Part shown: one piece after another, positions 34,054-43,305 of the stretch
How the letters are laid out: each line of letters opens with the position of its first letter
Numbering within the stretch: the stretch's first letter is position 1
NCBI GenBank assembly: GCA_964641375.1
Contig: CAZXMN010000001.1
Span: forward strand, 91,464-155,463
DNA: 64,000 nucleotides
From: an uncultured Candidatus Saccharibacteria bacterium
Lineage (GTDB): Bacteria > Patescibacteriota > CPR2 > UBA1875 > CAIMLA01
Direction of reading: 5' to 3'
Notes under the pieces: model-generated
Database searches by the model: none
What the model was told of the DNA's origin: nothing
Seen by the model: only the letters and a program-made list of their open reading frames with translations
Position numbers and translations under genes: made by a program

Positions 34054-34402
34054 TTATTCCATCCCTTCCGTATATATATTCTGCATTATTTCAATATTAT
34101 CTTTGTCGATAAGTACAGCATCGATACGATAGTCGACATCTACTTGATTAGTTTCATATAGATAATTCTTGGCCGTCATCAAGATTTTGCGCATTTTTGA
34201 TCTAGTGATCTCATCTACCGCTGTTCCGTGACCGGATGGCTGCCTGTATTTCACTTCAACAAAACAAATAAAACCGTCTCTCTGCAATAATGTCGATTTC
34301 ACCAACCCGACGGCTGTAATTACGATCAACTATATGGTAACCATCCTTTTCCAAAGCCGCTACTGCTACCGTTTCAGCCTCGAACCCAGTTTTTCTACTC
34401 AA
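34054..34402 (-). pseudogene. yraN: YraN (UPF0102) family protein, frameshifted
   Basis: TTG at 34402 gives SRKTGFEAE...DRNYSRRVGEIDIIAER; FVEVKYR...YRIDAV continues in another frame. Confidence 0.8.
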
Positions 34403-35016
34403 AGAAATGCCTTAATGGGCTTATAGCTGCGCCTATGAATATCCGAAACTCCATGTTCTGCCAGTTTCGCTTGATGCAATTTCGTGCCATAGCCTTTGTG
34501 TTTATAAAATTCATATTTTGAATAATTTCCAGCGAGGTTAATCATGAGATTGTCTCTTGTGACCTTTGCCAGGATTGATGCACATGAAATTGAATAAATT
34601 ATTTGATCACCATGGATAATGGATTCCTGTTCAACAGCAAGTTGCTTCCTCAGATCCAAACAGTCAGCAAGTATGTAGTCAGCTTCAATACTCATCATTT
34701 CTACTGCCTCCTTGGCCCCAAGTTTCGTTGCTTCCAGAATGCCAATCTCGTCTATAGTTCTATGATCTATTATACCGACGCCAAAATCGAGGGCCTGCTC
34801 AGTAATTTTTTCATATAACTCAGCTCTTTTCTCGGCGGAAATAAGTTTGGAATCAGTCACACCTTTTATCCTACGATGGTTTGTAGGTAAAACAACCGCA
34901 GCCACAACGACAGGACCAGCCCAAGCTCCTCTTCCGGCTTCATCAATACCAGCAATGAACTTCCGCCCCTTGCTCCATAATTCTTTTTCGTGTTTCATTG
35001 TCGGAGATATTCCCAT
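34399..35016 (-). CDS. rnhB: Ribonuclease HII
   Basis: GIDEAGRGAWAGP, DSKL, ASILAKVTRD, KHKGYGT. Confidence 0.97.
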   Translation of the reverse strand: MGISPTMKHEKELWSKGRKFIAGIDEAGRGAWAGPVVVAAVVLPTNHRRIKGVTDSKLISAEKRAELYEKITEQALDFGVGIIDHRTIDEIGILEATKLGAKEAVEMMSIEADYILADCLDLRKQLAVEQESIIHGDQIIYSISCASILAKVTRDNLMINLAGNYSKYEFYKHKGYGTKLHQAKLAEHGVSDIHRRSYKPIKAFL

Positions 35017-35056
35017 GAAGCTATTATCAACCCAACAAGGTTTTTTGGCAAATCTT

Positions 35057-35082
35057 AAAAAGAGCCCAGATATGGGCTCTTT
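35057..35082 (-). terminator. Intrinsic terminator after rplS
   Basis: aaaaagagccca-gata-tgggctcttt. Confidence 0.8.
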
Positions 35083-35084
35083 GA

Positions 35085-35780
35085 TTATTCTTCTTCTTTT
35101 TCCGGTTCTACCGTTTCTGTGTTTTCTTCCACTTCGGCACCTTCACCATCTTTACCGTGCTCAAGGTCATTTTCTGCTTTATCAATGCCTTCTGCCACTT
35201 CTTCCTCTTGAATTTCTTGATGATCACTCTCAGCTTCGTCAGGAGTCACGATATCCTCTGCATCAGCCTCTTTGTTCTCGGCTTTTGCGATTTCGTCTAT
35301 AGAAACTTCTTTTGTTTCGATCTCGTTGTCTTTGATTTCAGTTGCATCAAGCTCGGTAATTTCAGCATCTAAGTCTTCGGTCGCTGGAGCTAAATCCTCA
35401 GGTTTGAGTTCTTCTTCTTTCACATTGACAGCGAGTGAATCAAACCTCTGGTCCTTAAGCTTAGCAGCTTTACCACGTAGATCACGAAGATATGTCAGAT
35501 AAGCGCGGCGGACTTCAGCTCTTTTGCGAATTTCAATTTTCGCAAGCTTTGGCGACTGGATAAGAAAAGTACGCTCAACACCAATGCCATAAGAAATCTT
35601 ACGAACTGTGAAGGTTTGCTGGACACCGCTACCTTTGACACGGATTACTACGCCTTCAAAAACTTGGATACGTTCTTTGCTACCTTCAATAATTTTAGTA
35701 TGTACACGAACAGTGTCACCAGGTTTTAGATCTGGGACGTTCTTTAACTGTTTATCTGTCATGTCGTCAATTGCTTTCAT
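35085..35780 (-). CDS. rplS: 50S ribosomal protein L19 with long acidic C-terminal extension
   Basis: [46 protein letters not shown]. Confidence 0.96.
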   Translation of the reverse strand: MKAIDDMTDKQLKNVPDLKPGDTVRVHTKIIEGSKERIQVFEGVVIRVKGSGVQQTFTVRKISYGIGVERTFLIQSPKLAKIEIRKRAEVRRAYLTYLRDLRGKAAKLKDQRFDSLAVNVKEEELKPEDLAPATEDLDAEITELDATEIKDNEIETKEVSIDEIAKAENKEADAEDIVTPDEAESDHQEIQEEEVAEGIDKAENDLEHGKDGEGAEVEENTETVEPEKEEE

Positions 35781-35806
35781 CTTTTCTCCTGTAACACGCG
35801 AGGAAT

Positions 35807-35835
35807 ATTATAGCGGATTTAAACATCTTCGTCAA
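35807..35835 (-). promoter_or_regulatory. rplS promoter
   Basis: TTGACG-17-TATAAT on minus strand. Confidence 0.75.
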
Positions 35836-35848
35836 CCAATAAATACGT

Positions 35849-35972
35849 AAAAGGCGCGTTCCACCTTGCTTTTATACATTGGCATAACGCGCCTTGTTCA
35901 CCTTCGGGGCTCCGCACCGTTTGCGCAGCGGTGCGGAGCCCCTAGGGTATCGTCCACGCGGCCGCGGGACGA
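35849..35972 (-). other. Cluster of GC-rich hairpins (terminator plus possible structured RNA)
   Basis: aaggcgcgtt...aacgcgcctt (35851-35895); perfect 14-bp stem ggggctccgcaccg/cggtgcggagcccc (35906-35942); cgtcc...ggacg. Confidence 0.7.
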
Positions 35973-36007
35973 AGAGTTGTCAAACTAGGAAGCCAAACGA
36001 GCTGGAC

Positions 36008-36448
36008 CTACCTCATGTCGTTGGCTCGTTCTTGGTCCTCGACGAGCATCCTGGGGTCCAAACCTCGCTGGACTACTGTCGAAGAGTGAGGACACGGGTT
36101 GCACCCCATCGTACTCGTACGCCAGGATCGAACGTCCTTCAGCACCTCATCCCGAACCGGACGAGGAATGCTGTAGGGATTGCCAGGGCTCTCAGCCAGG
36201 AAGGCCTCGAGATGCCGCATAACCGTACAGACCGTAGGGTCGTCACAGTTGTGCTGGGCGACGCCATGGAGCCTATCCCTCAGAGCGAGGATCTGTGCAG
36301 CTGCGTGGACTTCCCCACTGCCGGTAAAGTGCCGACCAGCGGTTTCAACCTCCACTACAGCTTGAGAAATCCTCTCCTCGGTCGGATGTGAAAGAACCTC
36401 CTTGTGGATCTTCTGAAGATCCAGAACCCCTGTAACGGACTCGCTCAT
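36008..36448 (-). CDS. Hypothetical protein (GC-rich orphan, 146 aa)
   Basis: ATG with AGAAGGG SD; follows 36479-36688; Cys/His-rich. Confidence 0.6.
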   Translation of the reverse strand: MSESVTGVLDLQKIHKEVLSHPTEERISQAVVEVETAGRHFTGSGEVHAAAQILALRDRLHGVAQHNCDDPTVCTVMRHLEAFLAESPGNPYSIPRPVRDEVLKDVRSWRTSTMGCNPCPHSSTVVQRGLDPRMLVEDQERANDMR

Positions 36449-36478
36449 CTTTGTTGCCCTTCTTCTGTGATTGCGGCG

Positions 36479-36688
36479 CTAGGCCGCGGGCTGCGGCTGG
36501 GCGGAACGGACTGAGATGAGACTCCTACTCGCTTTGAGCTTGGTGGTGCCTTCCCCTTGGGCGAGGACGTTTCCCTTGGTGTCCTTCGCCATAGCGACGA
36601 CGTTGCCACGACTGACACGATTGTAGCCGTGACTACGTGTATCCCTCACGAACACGATCCGAACTGGGGTCTTACCTATCATGGCCAT
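36479..36688 (-). CDS. Hypothetical basic protein (GC-rich orphan, 69 aa)
   Basis: GGGGG SD, downstream of predicted promoter. Confidence 0.6.
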   Translation of the reverse strand: MAMIGKTPVRIVFVRDTRSHGYNRVSRGNVVAMAKDTKGNVLAQGEGTTKLKASRSLISVRSAQPQPAA

Positions 36689-36809
36689 ACTCTTTCCCCC
36701 AAAGCCTCGAAGTGACCTTTCACTAAGACACTTCTTGGTTAGGGACTGCCGTGCGCCATACGCTCACCTTCTTCTGCTAGATTGACTGACAAAGAACAAT
36801 ACAAAAAAT

Positions 36810-36838
36810 ATCATACAATAATTATTCGCTTTTAGCAA
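36810..36838 (-). promoter_or_regulatory. Putative promoter of cassette 36008-36688
   Basis: TTGCTA-17-TATGAT on minus strand. Confidence 0.55.
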
Positions 36839-36858
36839 GCCTTTTATATCAAAAAAAT

Positions 36859-39800
36859 TTAATTTTCGTTTAAGCGTTTGCGAATTGAATCCGCTAGCTT
36901 TTCTGAATATTTAATCCCAAAAGGTAATTTCACTTTTTTAGGTCCTGAGGGTCCGTTCGGAACAAAGACATAGACTGGCGCTTCGCCCTTATTCGCAGCT
37001 AATTTATATTTGATATCATTTAAAGCCTCCGCGGTAGTACCACGTGGTATAAAAATGTCTACAACTCCCTTGCTGTCAATCTGCACGGATTGAGTGATTA
37101 ACGGATCAATTACCTGCATTTCAGCTTCCTCCTGGTTTTCCGTAAGTTTAATAGCTTTATCTACAATCACCTTGATTTGCCCGTCTTTTGTGCTCACCTT
37201 ACCGCGAATCAAAATAATATTACCAGTGACCCAAAGATCGGGAGTTTCTTCAATCACCTTAGGAAATACTATCAACTCAGTTTTTCCCGTATGATCCTCA
37301 AACCAAGCAAAATACATAAGTTGCTTAGTCCTGGTCATTACTTTTTGGATATTTGCAAGAACTCCGCCAATTTTGACAGTTTGATTGTTCATTTCTTCGG
37401 TAAGTTCAACTATAGGATTTACTTTGAGTTTCAAAAGCTGTTCCTTGTATTCGTTCATTGGATGCTCTGATATATAAATGCCGAGCAAGTCTTTTTCATA
37501 CCTAAGTTTCTCAGCAGTTGACATCTTGGTCTGGGCTGGTTCAAGTTTGAGAGATGGCATTTCTACTCCACTACCACCAAAAAGATCAATCTGACCGTTG
37601 GCAGCAGTACCTTGAGCCTTTGATGAATAAGATAATATGCGCTCCATATTGGCAAGCAGAGTCGCCCTCTCGCCGAATTCGTCCATTGCTCCGCTTTTAA
37701 TAAGTGATTCCAGCATTTTCTTATTAACTTCCGACGTATGAACACGTTTTGCAAAGTCTTCAACAGAAGAGAATTTGCCACCTTCTTCTCTAGCAGCCAG
37801 AATGGCCTCAATCGGCCCCATACCTACATTTTTGATTGCCATCAGACCAAAACGTATCTTTCCTGTCTCTTTCACAACACCAAACTCCGCAAAAGATTCA
37901 TTGACATCCGGGGGCAAAACTTCAATCCCCATTCGCTGACATTCGTCAATTTCAATAGTTATACGATCCATGTTGCCGTAGTCAGAAGTCATAAGCGCAG
38001 ACATGAATGCAGCCGGATAGTGAGCCTTCAGATTTGCAGTCCAATAGGAAATAAGAGCATAACAGGCAGCATGAGACTTATTGAAAGCATATTGTGCAAA
38101 AGTCTCCCAACCATCGAATATTTCATTTGCCAACTTCTCAGGGACGTCATTTGTATCCTTTGCACCCTTTACGAATTCACCCCTCATTTGCTTTAAAAGC
38201 GTAGGATTCTTTTTACCGATTGCCTTACGCAAAGTATCAGCTTGTCCACCTGTAAAACCAGCTAAATCTTTCGATACTTGCATAACTTGTTCCTGATAAA
38301 CCGTAATCCCATAGGTATTCTTGAGTGCGGTCTCCATAGCTGGATGCTGATATTTAATAGCTTTCTTGCCATGTTTACGAGCGATAAACTCGGGGATATT
38401 TTCCATAGGACCCGGCCTATATAGAGCACCCATAGCAATAATGTCTTCAAAAACAGTCGGTTTTAACTCCTTTATATAGCGTTTCATCCCAGCTGACTCA
38501 AACTGGAAAACTCCAGTAGTTTCACCTTTAGATAATAGTTTGTATGTTTGAGCATCATCAATGGGCATCGTATACAAATCGATATCTACATCATTGACCT
38601 TCTTGATGATGCGCATTGCGTTTTTGATGACTGTCAGGTTAGAGAGTCCCAAAAAGTCCATCTTAAGTAGTCCGAGCTCCTCTATCGCATGCATTTCATA
38701 TTGTGTATTTGTTGCTAGATCGCCCCTAGTCGCCCGCTGCAGTGGAGTATATTGGACTAAAGGATCCTTGGATATCACCACACCGGCAGCATGAGTAGAA
38801 GAATGCCTGGCCACTCCTTCCAGTTTCGTCGCAAGGTCGATAAGATGTTTTACGTCTAGTTCACTAGTATAGGCCGCTCTGAGTTCTTGGCTAGTGTTTA
38901 ATGCCTCAGAAAGTTTAATATTGAGGACTTCCGGTACCATCTTGGCAATTCTATCAACGTCTCCATAAGCTAGTCCTAGTACTCTACCCACATCACGGAT
39001 GGCATTTCTAGCTTTCATAGTACCAAAAGTGATTATCTGTGCCACTCGATCCTGGCCATATTTTTCGGTTACATAAGCAATTACCTCGTGACGCCTGTCG
39101 TCAGCAAAGTCCATGTCCACATCAGGCATAGAAATACGATCTGGATTCAGAAATCTCTCAAAAAGTAAGTCGTATTGCATCGGTTCTAGGTCAACAATAC
39201 CGAGAGCATAGGCCACAACCGACCCTGCAGCAGAACCACGACCTGGACCGACCACAATACCCTGATTTTTGGCCCAATTAACGTAATCCTGTACGATAAG
39301 GAAATAGCCCTCATAACCCATTTTTTCGATAACCTTCAGCTCGTATTCTAGTCTTTCTTTAAGTTCAGGTGTTTTTTTGCCATAACGTCTGGCAATGCCC
39401 TCGTCGACTAATTTCTCCAGATATTTACCTTCCGTCAAACCGTCTGGTGTTGGAAAGTCAGGTATCAAAATGCCACCTAGTTCGATAGTGAGATCGCACA
39501 TCTCGGCAATTTTCACTGTGTTTTCGAAGGCCTCTGGCACGTCCGGAAAAGCTGCTAGCAGATCTTCATAAGTGCGCATGCTGTTATCCATGTTCATCTT
39601 CATGCGATCTTCATCTGTGACCATTTTGCCCATTTGGACACAAAGAAGAACATCCTGAGCCTCTGCATCATCTTTATTCACATAGTGAACATCATTTGTC
39701 ACTACCAGACCAATTCCAGTCTCCTTCGAGATTTTTTTCAAACCTTCATTAGCAATACGTTGGTCTTCGGCGCCTGGCTGATCTTGCAACTCGAGATAAT

Positions 39801-40323
39801 AATAGTCTTTTCCAAAAATCTCTTGATATTCCAGGGCAGCTTTCTTCGCTTTCTCGTAATCTCCGTTTACGATTGTTCTGGCCGGTTCACCGTTTAAGCA
39901 TGCAGACATACCGATCAGTCCCTCTGAATATTGTCTAAGAGTATCTTTGTCTATTCTAGGTTTGTAATAATAGCCATCGATGTGTGCTATAGTTACCAAC
40001 TTCATAAGGTTCTGGTAACCGGTCTTATTCCTAGCTAGTAGTACCAAATGGTAAGGTTTAGCATCAACCCTCGCTTCTTTGTCATGTAAAGTTCTAGGTG
40101 CAACATAACATTCGCAACCAATTATCGGTTTTATATCTCTTTTTTTGGCTTCTTTGTAAAATTCGATTGCTCCGTACATGACACCATGATCAGTGATCGC
40201 CATGGCTGGCATCCCGAGCTCTTTAGCTTTATCTAGATAGTCTGGGATTTTACCCATACCATCAAGTAGCGAGTAGTGGGTATGGACATGCAGATGAACG
40301 AATTTTGCTTTGTTTTCGGCCAA
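36859..40323 (-). CDS. dnaE: DNA polymerase III alpha subunit
   Basis: FVHLHVHTHYSLLDG PHP, GPGRGSAAGS, SMPDVDMDF, YAFNKSH. Confidence 0.98.
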   Translation of the reverse strand: MAENKAKFVHLHVHTHYSLLDGMGKIPDYLDKAKELGMPAMAITDHGVMYGAIEFYKEAKKRDIKPIIGCECYVAPRTLHDKEARVDAKPYHLVLLARNKTGYQNLMKLVTIAHIDGYYYKPRIDKDTLRQYSEGLIGMSACLNGEPARTIVNGDYEKAKKAALEYQEIFGKDYYYLELQDQPGAEDQRIANEGLKKISKETGIGLVVTNDVHYVNKDDAEAQDVLLCVQMGKMVTDEDRMKMNMDNSMRTYEDLLAAFPDVPEAFENTVKIAEMCDLTIELGGILIPDFPTPDGLTEGKYLEKLVDEGIARRYGKKTPELKERLEYELKVIEKMGYEGYFLIVQDYVNWAKNQGIVVGPGRGSAAGSVVAYALGIVDLEPMQYDLLFERFLNPDRISMPDVDMDFADDRRHEVIAYVTEKYGQDRVAQIITFGTMKARNAIRDVGRVLGLAYGDVDRIAKMVPEVLNIKLSEALNTSQELRAAYTSELDVKHLIDLATKLEGVARHSSTHAAGVVISKDPLVQYTPLQRATRGDLATNTQYEMHAIEELGLLKMDFLGLSNLTVIKNAMRIIKKVNDVDIDLYTMPIDDAQTYKLLSKGETTGVFQFESAGMKRYIKELKPTVFEDIIAMGALYRPGPMENIPEFIARKHGKKAIKYQHPAMETALKNTYGITVYQEQVMQVSKDLAGFTGGQADTLRKAIGKKNPTLLKQMRGEFVKGAKDTNDVPEKLANEIFDGWETFAQYAFNKSHAACYALISYWTANLKAHYPAAFMSALMTSDYGNMDRITIEIDECQRMGIEVLPPDVNESFAEFGVVKETGKIRFGLMAIKNVGMGPIEAILAAREEGGKFSSVEDFAKRVHTSEVNKKMLESLIKSGAMDEFGERATLLANMERILSYSSKAQGTAANGQIDLFGGSGVEMPSLKLEPAQTKMSTAEKLRYEKDLLGIYISEHPMNEYKEQLLKLKVNPIVELTEEMNNQTVKIGGVLANIQKVMTRTKQLMYFAWFEDHTGKTELIVFPKVIEETPDLWVTGNIILIRGKVSTKDGQIKVIVDKAIKLTENQEEAEMQVIDPLITQSVQIDSKGVVDIFIPRGTTAEALNDIKYKLAANKGEAPVYVFVPNGPSGPKKVKLPFGIKYSEKLADSIRKRLNEN

Positions 40324-40465
40324 AATTACCCCCGTTAGTTTGCTAAAAAATCAAAAAAGACCACGCGATAAAAAGGTCTTTCGTTATAAAAGTTCTTGCA
40401 CCTCAAATCTATGTACTATTTTAGCGGTATATAGAGTAAGAAACAAGATGTTTTATTGAGAAATC

Positions 40466-41179
40466 TTAGATTGGTGACGCTGAATTTTCGGTAAGAAATG
40501 TTTTCGGATCAACCCAGGCCGCAAGCTCACTAAGCGTTGGCACATATCCCCGAACATCAATTCCAGTTCCGATATGAATTGCGAAATGAAGATGCTTTCT
40601 CTCACCATCAGTTTGGACTGAACACTGAGCACCAAGACTAGCTAAGCGCTGCCCCGCTTTTACACTACTACCCATAACGAGTGTCGTGCTCCCAAGATTA
40701 ATATGTCCATAATAAACTGTGTAGGCCTGCCCCTTTATTGTTACCCCGAGAACCAAAAGACCACCATACCCAGAAACCGGACCGATTTCTCGAATAGTAC
40801 CATCAGCGATCGCATAGACCGGAACATCCTCATTCACCTCAACTGGAGTTACCTCTAAATCGTCGGCGTCATGATAACCGCTGAAAGGTGCTCCACAAGG
40901 TGAAACCGAATCAGTCGGTTTCACTAATTGCCCAAAAGACCGGAACATTATTCGGCTTACGAAATTCGTCATGGGATAATAAAGCGTCGCGGCAGGAACC
41001 TGGTTTTGCGGAGTTTGCGGTGCACTATTTGTAGCGCTATTCTGACTGCTGTTCTGCTGGGTGCTTGTTGTTGTTTTGGAAGTAACTTTTTTGTGTTTGT
41101 TATAATACCAAGCTGCCCCACTGCCGATGACTAGGATAACAAGGGCTGAAACAATAATTATTATCTGCTTTCTTTTCAT
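40466..41179 (-). CDS. M23 family metallopeptidase, membrane-anchored
   Basis: N-terminal TM, S/T/Q linker, HDADD (HxxxD), YYGHI, HLHF. Confidence 0.88.
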   Translation of the reverse strand: MKRKQIIIIVSALVILVIGSGAAWYYNKHKKVTSKTTTSTQQNSSQNSATNSAPQTPQNQVPAATLYYPMTNFVSRIMFRSFGQLVKPTDSVSPCGAPFSGYHDADDLEVTPVEVNEDVPVYAIADGTIREIGPVSGYGGLLVLGVTIKGQAYTVYYGHINLGSTTLVMGSSVKAGQRLASLGAQCSVQTDGERKHLHFAIHIGTGIDVRGYVPTLSELAAWVDPKTFLTENSASPI

Positions 41180-41206
41180 ATACTAATTATAGTACGGAAG
41201 CCAAGG

Positions 41207-41827
41207 CTATTTGATCTCTTTGATCTTTGTCCTGTTTTTTTCAAGTAAAGTCATTACCCCAAATATAACGAAAACCAATATACCGGCCCCAACAACAACG
41301 ACTAGAAACCAAGAGAAAAAGAAGTTTGAGAGTGCTACAATACTGCTTACTATTCCAAGACCAAACTCAGTTGAAGCCAGAAGTTTAACTATAACGAAAA
41401 ACAAAACTATCCCAATAAGCGCTTTCTTGGCAAATGACGATCTTATCGAGATGTAATTATCCCAAAAAAGACCGAGTTTGCGCTGCCAGGACAGAGTCTT
41501 GGCGTGAGAAAAATCCTCAATCGCTTTCGCATACGTTGCTATAATGTCCTCGGTTTCAAAGCTTGAAAGCGTGTAGTCAAAACTATTTTTTATTAATTCT
41601 GTCTTCTCAAGTGCTTTCTTCAGAGCATCCTTATCATTAAGCCGCCAACCAAAAAGCGTCAATGTCTGTTTCATGTTCTTTGTCGAATAACCCTTTGAGC
41701 GCAACAGATAAAAAAAGACTTTTTGTGCTTCAATACAAGCCATTTTGTAACCGCTTGTGGTATGTTCTTTGAATGCTTTTTCGACTTCGCCCCAAAGATT
41801 TTCACTTTTCGTGCTTATTGCTTTCAC
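41207..41827 (-). CDS. Membrane protein with degenerate HEPN-like N-terminal domain
   Basis: Start overlaps gatB stop; C-terminal TMs; N-domain resembles 43305-43760. Confidence 0.7.
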   Translation of the reverse strand: MKAISTKSENLWGEVEKAFKEHTTSGYKMACIEAQKVFFYLLRSKGYSTKNMKQTLTLFGWRLNDKDALKKALEKTELIKNSFDYTLSSFETEDIIATYAKAIEDFSHAKTLSWQRKLGLFWDNYISIRSSFAKKALIGIVLFFVIVKLLASTEFGLGIVSSIVALSNFFFSWFLVVVVGAGILVFVIFGVMTLLEKNRTKIKEIK

Positions 41828-43305
41828 TAAGACAATTTCTTTCGTAATATTTCGTTTACGACAGCCGGGTTAGCCTGACCTTTAGTCCTCGCCATAACTT
41901 GGCCAACCAAGAAACCGAAAGCTTGCTGTTTGCCGGCCTTGAAATCAGACACTGACTTTTCATTTGATTTTAAGATCTCTTCAATTACCCTTGCAATCTC
42001 ACCTTCAGAACTAATCTGTCGCAAAGTACTTTTACCAATTATTTCGGTAGGATCCTCACCGGTCTCAAAGACTTGATCAAAGATTTCTTTAGCTATTTTC
42101 CCCGTAATCGAACCAGCATCGATAGAACTAATAATAACAGCAATGTATTCTGGTTTTACTTTTGACTCAGAAAGCCGAATTGAGTTTTTATTCAGTCTTC
42201 CAAGTAATTCTCCTATGATCCAGTTAGCTGTCTTCTTGGCGGCCTGTCGTATTGTCTCGTCTGTATTAAAAACGTTGACCGGCAAAGCTGTCACCGCAAG
42301 TTCAAAATAACGGGACAATTCTAAATCACTAGTTAGCTGATCAGCATCCGCCGAGGAGAGACCATATTCCGCGGCAAAACGTTTACATTTCTCTTTTGGC
42401 AGCTCCGGTAGTTTCGATTTAATTTCGTCGAGATCAAAGCCATTAGTCACCGTGAGATCAACTGGTGGTAAATCCGGTTCTGGGAAGTAACGATAGTCAT
42501 TTGCTTCTTCTTTGCTCCTCTGTGAAAGTGTCTTACCTCCGGCATCATCCCAACCACGAGTTTCCTGAATAATTCTCTCTCCGCTCTCGAGCATTTCTGT
42601 CTGTCTCGTGACTTCGTATTCGAGCGCCCGCTCAATCATTTTGAATGAGTTCATATTCTTGATTTCGACCTTCGTGCCTAGTTCCTTTTGTCCGACTGGT
42701 CGAAGTGAGATATTGGCATCACAACGCATGTTCCCCTGTTCCATATTGGCATCTGAAATATCTAAATATCTTAGGATCGCCCTGAGGTCCTGCACAAAAA
42801 TTCTGGCCTCCCTCGGACTTCGCATATCTGGTTCTGTGACAATCTCCATGAGTGGAGTGCCAGCACGGTTCAGGTCCACTAGACTATAATTCGCCTTCTC
42901 TGGATGAACAAGTTTCCCGGCATCTTCCTCGAGATGAACATGATGAATCCTGACTTTGCTAATTTTTCCATCATTATCTACTTCTAGACCGCCGCCCAGA
43001 ACTGGAGGATTCGTACTTGAGGTTATCTGATAAGCTTTCGGCAGATCCGGATAAAAATAGTTTTTTCGTTCGAAATTGAACTTATCAGCGATTTTGGCGC
43101 CCAGGGCCATGCCAAGTAAATATGTCCATTCGATTGCCTGTTTATTAGCCACTGGTAACATTCCCGGCATACCCAAACAAACAGGACAAACATTGGTGTT
43201 TGGAGCTATATCAACCGAATAATTATCGCATGTACAAAACATCTTGCTCATCGTGCGAAGCTGAGCATGGATTTCGAGCCCAATTACAATCTCATATTTT
43301 TCCAT
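41827..43305 (-). CDS. gatB: Asp/Glu-tRNA amidotransferase subunit B
   Basis: VIGLEIHAQL, RKNYFYPDLPK, HLEEDAGK, YRYFPEPDLP. Confidence 0.98.
   Translation of the reverse strand: MEKYEIVIGLEIHAQLRTMSKMFCTCDNYSVDIAPNTNVCPVCLGMPGMLPVANKQAIEWTYLLGMALGAKIADKFNFERKNYFYPDLPKAYQITSSTNPPVLGGGLEVDNDGKISKVRIHHVHLEEDAGKLVHPEKANYSLVDLNRAGTPLMEIVTEPDMRSPREARIFVQDLRAILRYLDISDANMEQGNMRCDANISLRPVGQKELGTKVEIKNMNSFKMIERALEYEVTRQTEMLESGERIIQETRGWDDAGGKTLSQRSKEEANDYRYFPEPDLPPVDLTVTNGFDLDEIKSKLPELPKEKCKRFAAEYGLSSADADQLTSDLELSRYFELAVTALPVNVFNTDETIRQAAKKTANWIIGELLGRLNKNSIRLSESKVKPEYIAVIISSIDAGSITGKIAKEIFDQVFETGEDPTEIIGKSTLRQISSEGEIARVIEEILKSNEKSVSDFKAGKQQAFGFLVGQVMARTKGQANPAVVNEILRKKLS

Noticed and set aside
35894-36391. 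165-aa plus-strand ORF in the GC-rich cassette
   Set aside because: It starts inside the hairpin cluster and is antisense to an ORF that has promoter, SD and terminator support; long shadow ORFs are expected at high GC
8170-36700. G-run Shine-Dalgarno sequences as a signature of the GC-rich cassettes
   Set aside because: Core genes (trxA, M42 peptidase, dnaE, uvrA) also use G-run SDs
13766-40323. Inteins or introns in rpoC, rpoB, recG or dnaE
   Set aside because: Lengths are normal and no intein splice motifs or homing endonuclease inserts were seen
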